64,000 nucleotides of DNA from Octopus sinensis. Taxonomy: Eukaryota. Shown here piece after piece: positions 61,291-64,000 of the stretch. The translations under genes and the position numbers were made by a program. The notes below the pieces were generated by a model. The model searched no databases, had not been told where the DNA came from, and saw only the letters and a program-made list of their open reading frames with translations. How positions within the stretch are numbered: the first letter of the stretch is position 1; the number at the start of each line of letters is the position of its first letter. The stretch spans positions 1 through 64,000 of the forward strand of contig NW_021836180.1 of NCBI RefSeq assembly GCF_006345805.1, in the 5' to 3' direction.

Positions 61291-64000
61291 GATGACAATA
61301 TCTGATGAAACTGCTTGATGAAAATGTCTGATGAAAGGAAAATGTTTGATGAAAATATCTGATGAAAACTTTTGATGAAAATGATGAAAATGTTAGAAAA
61401 AAATATCTGATGAAAATCTTTGATAAAAATCTCTGCTGAAAATGCTTGATGAAAATGTCTGATGAAAATGTTTGATGAAAATGTCTGATGCAAAATGTCT
61501 GATGCAAAATGTCTGATGCAAAATGTCTAATGAATATGTCTGATGAAAATGTTTGAAGAAAACGTTTAATAAAAATGTCTGATGAAAATGTTTGATGAAA
61601 ATGTCTGATGAAAATATTTGATGAAAATGTCCGATGAAAGTGTCTAATGAAAATCTCTGATGAAAATCTTTGATGAAATGTTTGATGAAAATATTTGATG
61701 AAAATGTTTCATGTAAATGTATGATGAAAATGTTTGATGAAAAATGTCTGATATAATGTATGATTAAACGGTTTGATGAAAGTGTCTGATGAAAATGTCT
61801 GATAACAATGATGAAAATGTTTATGAATATAACTAATGAAAATGTTTGATGCAATGTTTGATGCAAATGTATGATGAAAATGTTTGATGAAAATGTTTGA
61901 TGAAAATATCTGATGAAAATGTTTGATGAAAATATTTGATGAAAATGTCTGATGAAATATCTGATAAAATGTTTGATTAAACGGTTTGATGAAAATGTCT
62001 GATGAAAATGTTTGATGTATATGTCTGATGAAAATGTCTGATAACAATATTTGATAAAAATGTTTGATAAAAATGTCTGATGAAAATGTTTGATAAAAAT
62101 GTCTCATGAAAATGTTTCAGGAAAGTGTCTGATGAAAATGTTTGATAAAAATGTCTGATGAAAATGTTTGATGATTTCACACTTTGTTTCTTTCTAACAG
62201 CTATCAATTTTTGATGCAAATGTATGATGAAAATGTTTGATGAAAATGTTTGATGAAAATGTTTGATGCAAATGTCTGATGAAAATGTTTGCTAAAAATG
62301 TTTGATGAAAATGTTTGATAAAGATATTTGATGAAAATGTTTGATGTAAATGTTTGATGAAAATGTCTGATACAAATGTTTGATGAAAATATCTGATGTA
62401 AATGTTTAATGAAAATGTGCGATGAATTTGTTTGACGAAAATATCTGATGAAAATGTCTGATGAAAATGCTTGATATGTTTGAGAAAAAATATTTGATGA
62501 AAATATCTGATGAAAATGTTCGATGAAAATGCTTGATGAAAATATCAGATGAAAATGTTTCATGAAAATATCTGATAAAAATGTCATTCATCATATGATG
62601 AAAATGTTTGATAACAATGTTTGATGAAATTGTTTGAGGAAAATGTCTGATGAAAATGTTTGATAAAAAAGTCTGATGAAAAGGTTTGATGATTTCACAC
62701 TTTGTTTCTTTCTCACATCTATCAATTTTTGATGCAAATGTATGATGAAAATGTTTGATGAAAATATTTGATGAAAATGTCTGATGAAAATATCTGATAA
62801 AGTGTTTGATTAAACGGTTTGATGAAAATGTCTGATGAAAATGTCTGATAACAATGATGAAAATGTTTGATGAAATGTTTGATAAAAATGTTTGATGAAA
62901 ATGTCTGATGAAAATGTTTGATGAAAATGTCTGATGGAAATGTTTGATGAAAATGTTTGATGAAAATGTCTGATGAAAATATCTGATGAAATGTTTGACG
63001 ATAATATCTGATGAAAATGTCTGAAAATGTTTGATGAAATGATTGATAAAAATGTTTGATGGAAATATCTGATGAAAATATTTGATGAAATGGTTTATGA
63101 AAATGTCTGATGAAAATGTTTGATGAAAATGTTAGATAAAAATATCTGATGAAAATGTTTGATAAAAATGTCTGCTGAAAATGTTTGATGAAAAATGTTT
63201 GATAAAAATGTCTGATAAAAATGTTTGATGAAAATGTCTGATGAAAATTTCTGTTGAAAATGTGTAATGATACTGCTTGCTGAAAATGTCTGATGAAAAA
63301 TGTTTGATAAAGATATTTGATGAAAATGTTTGATGTAAATGTTTGATGAAAATGTCTGATACAAATGTTTGATGAAAATATCTGATGTAAATGTTTAATG
63401 AAAATGTGCGATGAATTTGTTTGACGAAAATATCTGATGAAAATGTCTGATGAAAATGCTTGATATGTTTGAGAAAAAATATTTGATGAAAATATCTGAT
63501 GAAAATGTTCGATGAAAATGCTTGATGAAAATATCAGATGAAAATGTTTCATGAAAATATCTGATAAAAATGTCATTCATCATATGATGAAAATGTTTGA
63601 TAACAATGTTTGATGAAATTGTTTGAGGAAAATGTCTGATGAAAATGTTTGATAAAAAAGTCTGATGAAAAGGTTTGATGATTTCACACTTTGTTTCTTT
63701 CTCACATCTATCAATTTTTGATGCAAATGTATGATGAAAATGTTTGATGAAAATATTTGATGAAAATGTCTGATGAAAATATCTGATAAAGTGTTTGATT
63801 AAACGGTTTGATGAAAATGTCTGATGAAAATGTCTGATAACAATGATGAAAATGTTTGATGAAATGTTTGATAAAAATGTTTGATGAAAATGTCTGATGG
63901 AAATGTTTGATGAAAATGTTTGATGAAAATGTCTGATGAAAATATCTGATGAAATGTTTGACGATAATATCTGATGAAAATGTCTGAAAATGTTTGATGA
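61289..64000. repeat. Satellite 2: 13-bp unit TGATGAAAATGT(T/C) with 989-bp higher-order duplication; runs off the window
   Basis: Direct inspection. A non-monomer block of about 40 bp related to ATTTCACACTTTGTTTCTTTCTCACATCTATCAATTTT occurs near 62173, 62691 and 63680. An identical ORF pair (62406/63395) is offset by 989. Confidence 0.96.

Noticed and set aside
61050-63583. Long minus-strand ORFs of repeated FIKHFHQTFSSNI (up to 284 aa)
   Set aside because: The 13-bp monomer has no stop codon in any minus-strand frame, so three monomers give a 13-aa repeat. ORFs occur in all frames, consistent with a satellite artefact.
62171-63720. Repeat-spacer look reminiscent of a CRISPR array
   Set aside because: Eukaryotic context, no cas genes, and the spacers are copies of each other rather than unique.
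61289-64000. Abundant CTGATGA/GAAA and box C/D-like words (TGATGA, CTGA) suggesting tandem hammerheads or snoRNAs
   Set aside because: No stem I or II complementarity and no guide or terminal stems. The words are simply part of the monomer.

Overview
Eukaryotic, AT-rich and repeat-dense DNA. The repeat content (tRNA-head SINEs with internal (TA)n, RTE and CR1 LINE remnants) points to an octopod cephalopod genome; that assignment is from recognition, not a search. There is one protein-coding gene: a six-coding-exon PKDCC/VLK secreted-pathway tyrosine kinase on the minus strand. Its CDS is 38256-37651, 34923-34792, 15830-15622, 13252-13002, 11027-10851 and 8584-8502. All introns are GT-AG with consistent phases, giving 1458 nt and 485 aa. 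The rest is mobile DNA and low complexity: several SINE families, CR1- and RTE-clade LINE remnants, TTAA-flanked piggyBac-type MITEs, a hAT deletion derivative with an 8-bp TSD, a Tc1 fragment, a Helitron-like 3' end and a solo LTR with a 4-bp TSD. The last 5 kb holds two abutting satellites (about 52-bp and 13-bp units) with higher-order repeats. The most notable unexplained structure is two small repeat families, two copies each, carrying minimal hammerhead-ribozyme folds of the Penelope-associated type. One is fused behind a Pol III tRNA-like head, and one copy of it has an inverted copy of its own tail. The other has a non-canonical CUGUCGA core. There is also a covarying 3' hairpin shared by the main SINE and a CR1 LINE, plus several local fold-back inversions. 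Most ORFs in the supplied track are microsatellite, satellite or SINE artefacts. Repeat boundaries are approximate unless a TSD is given.
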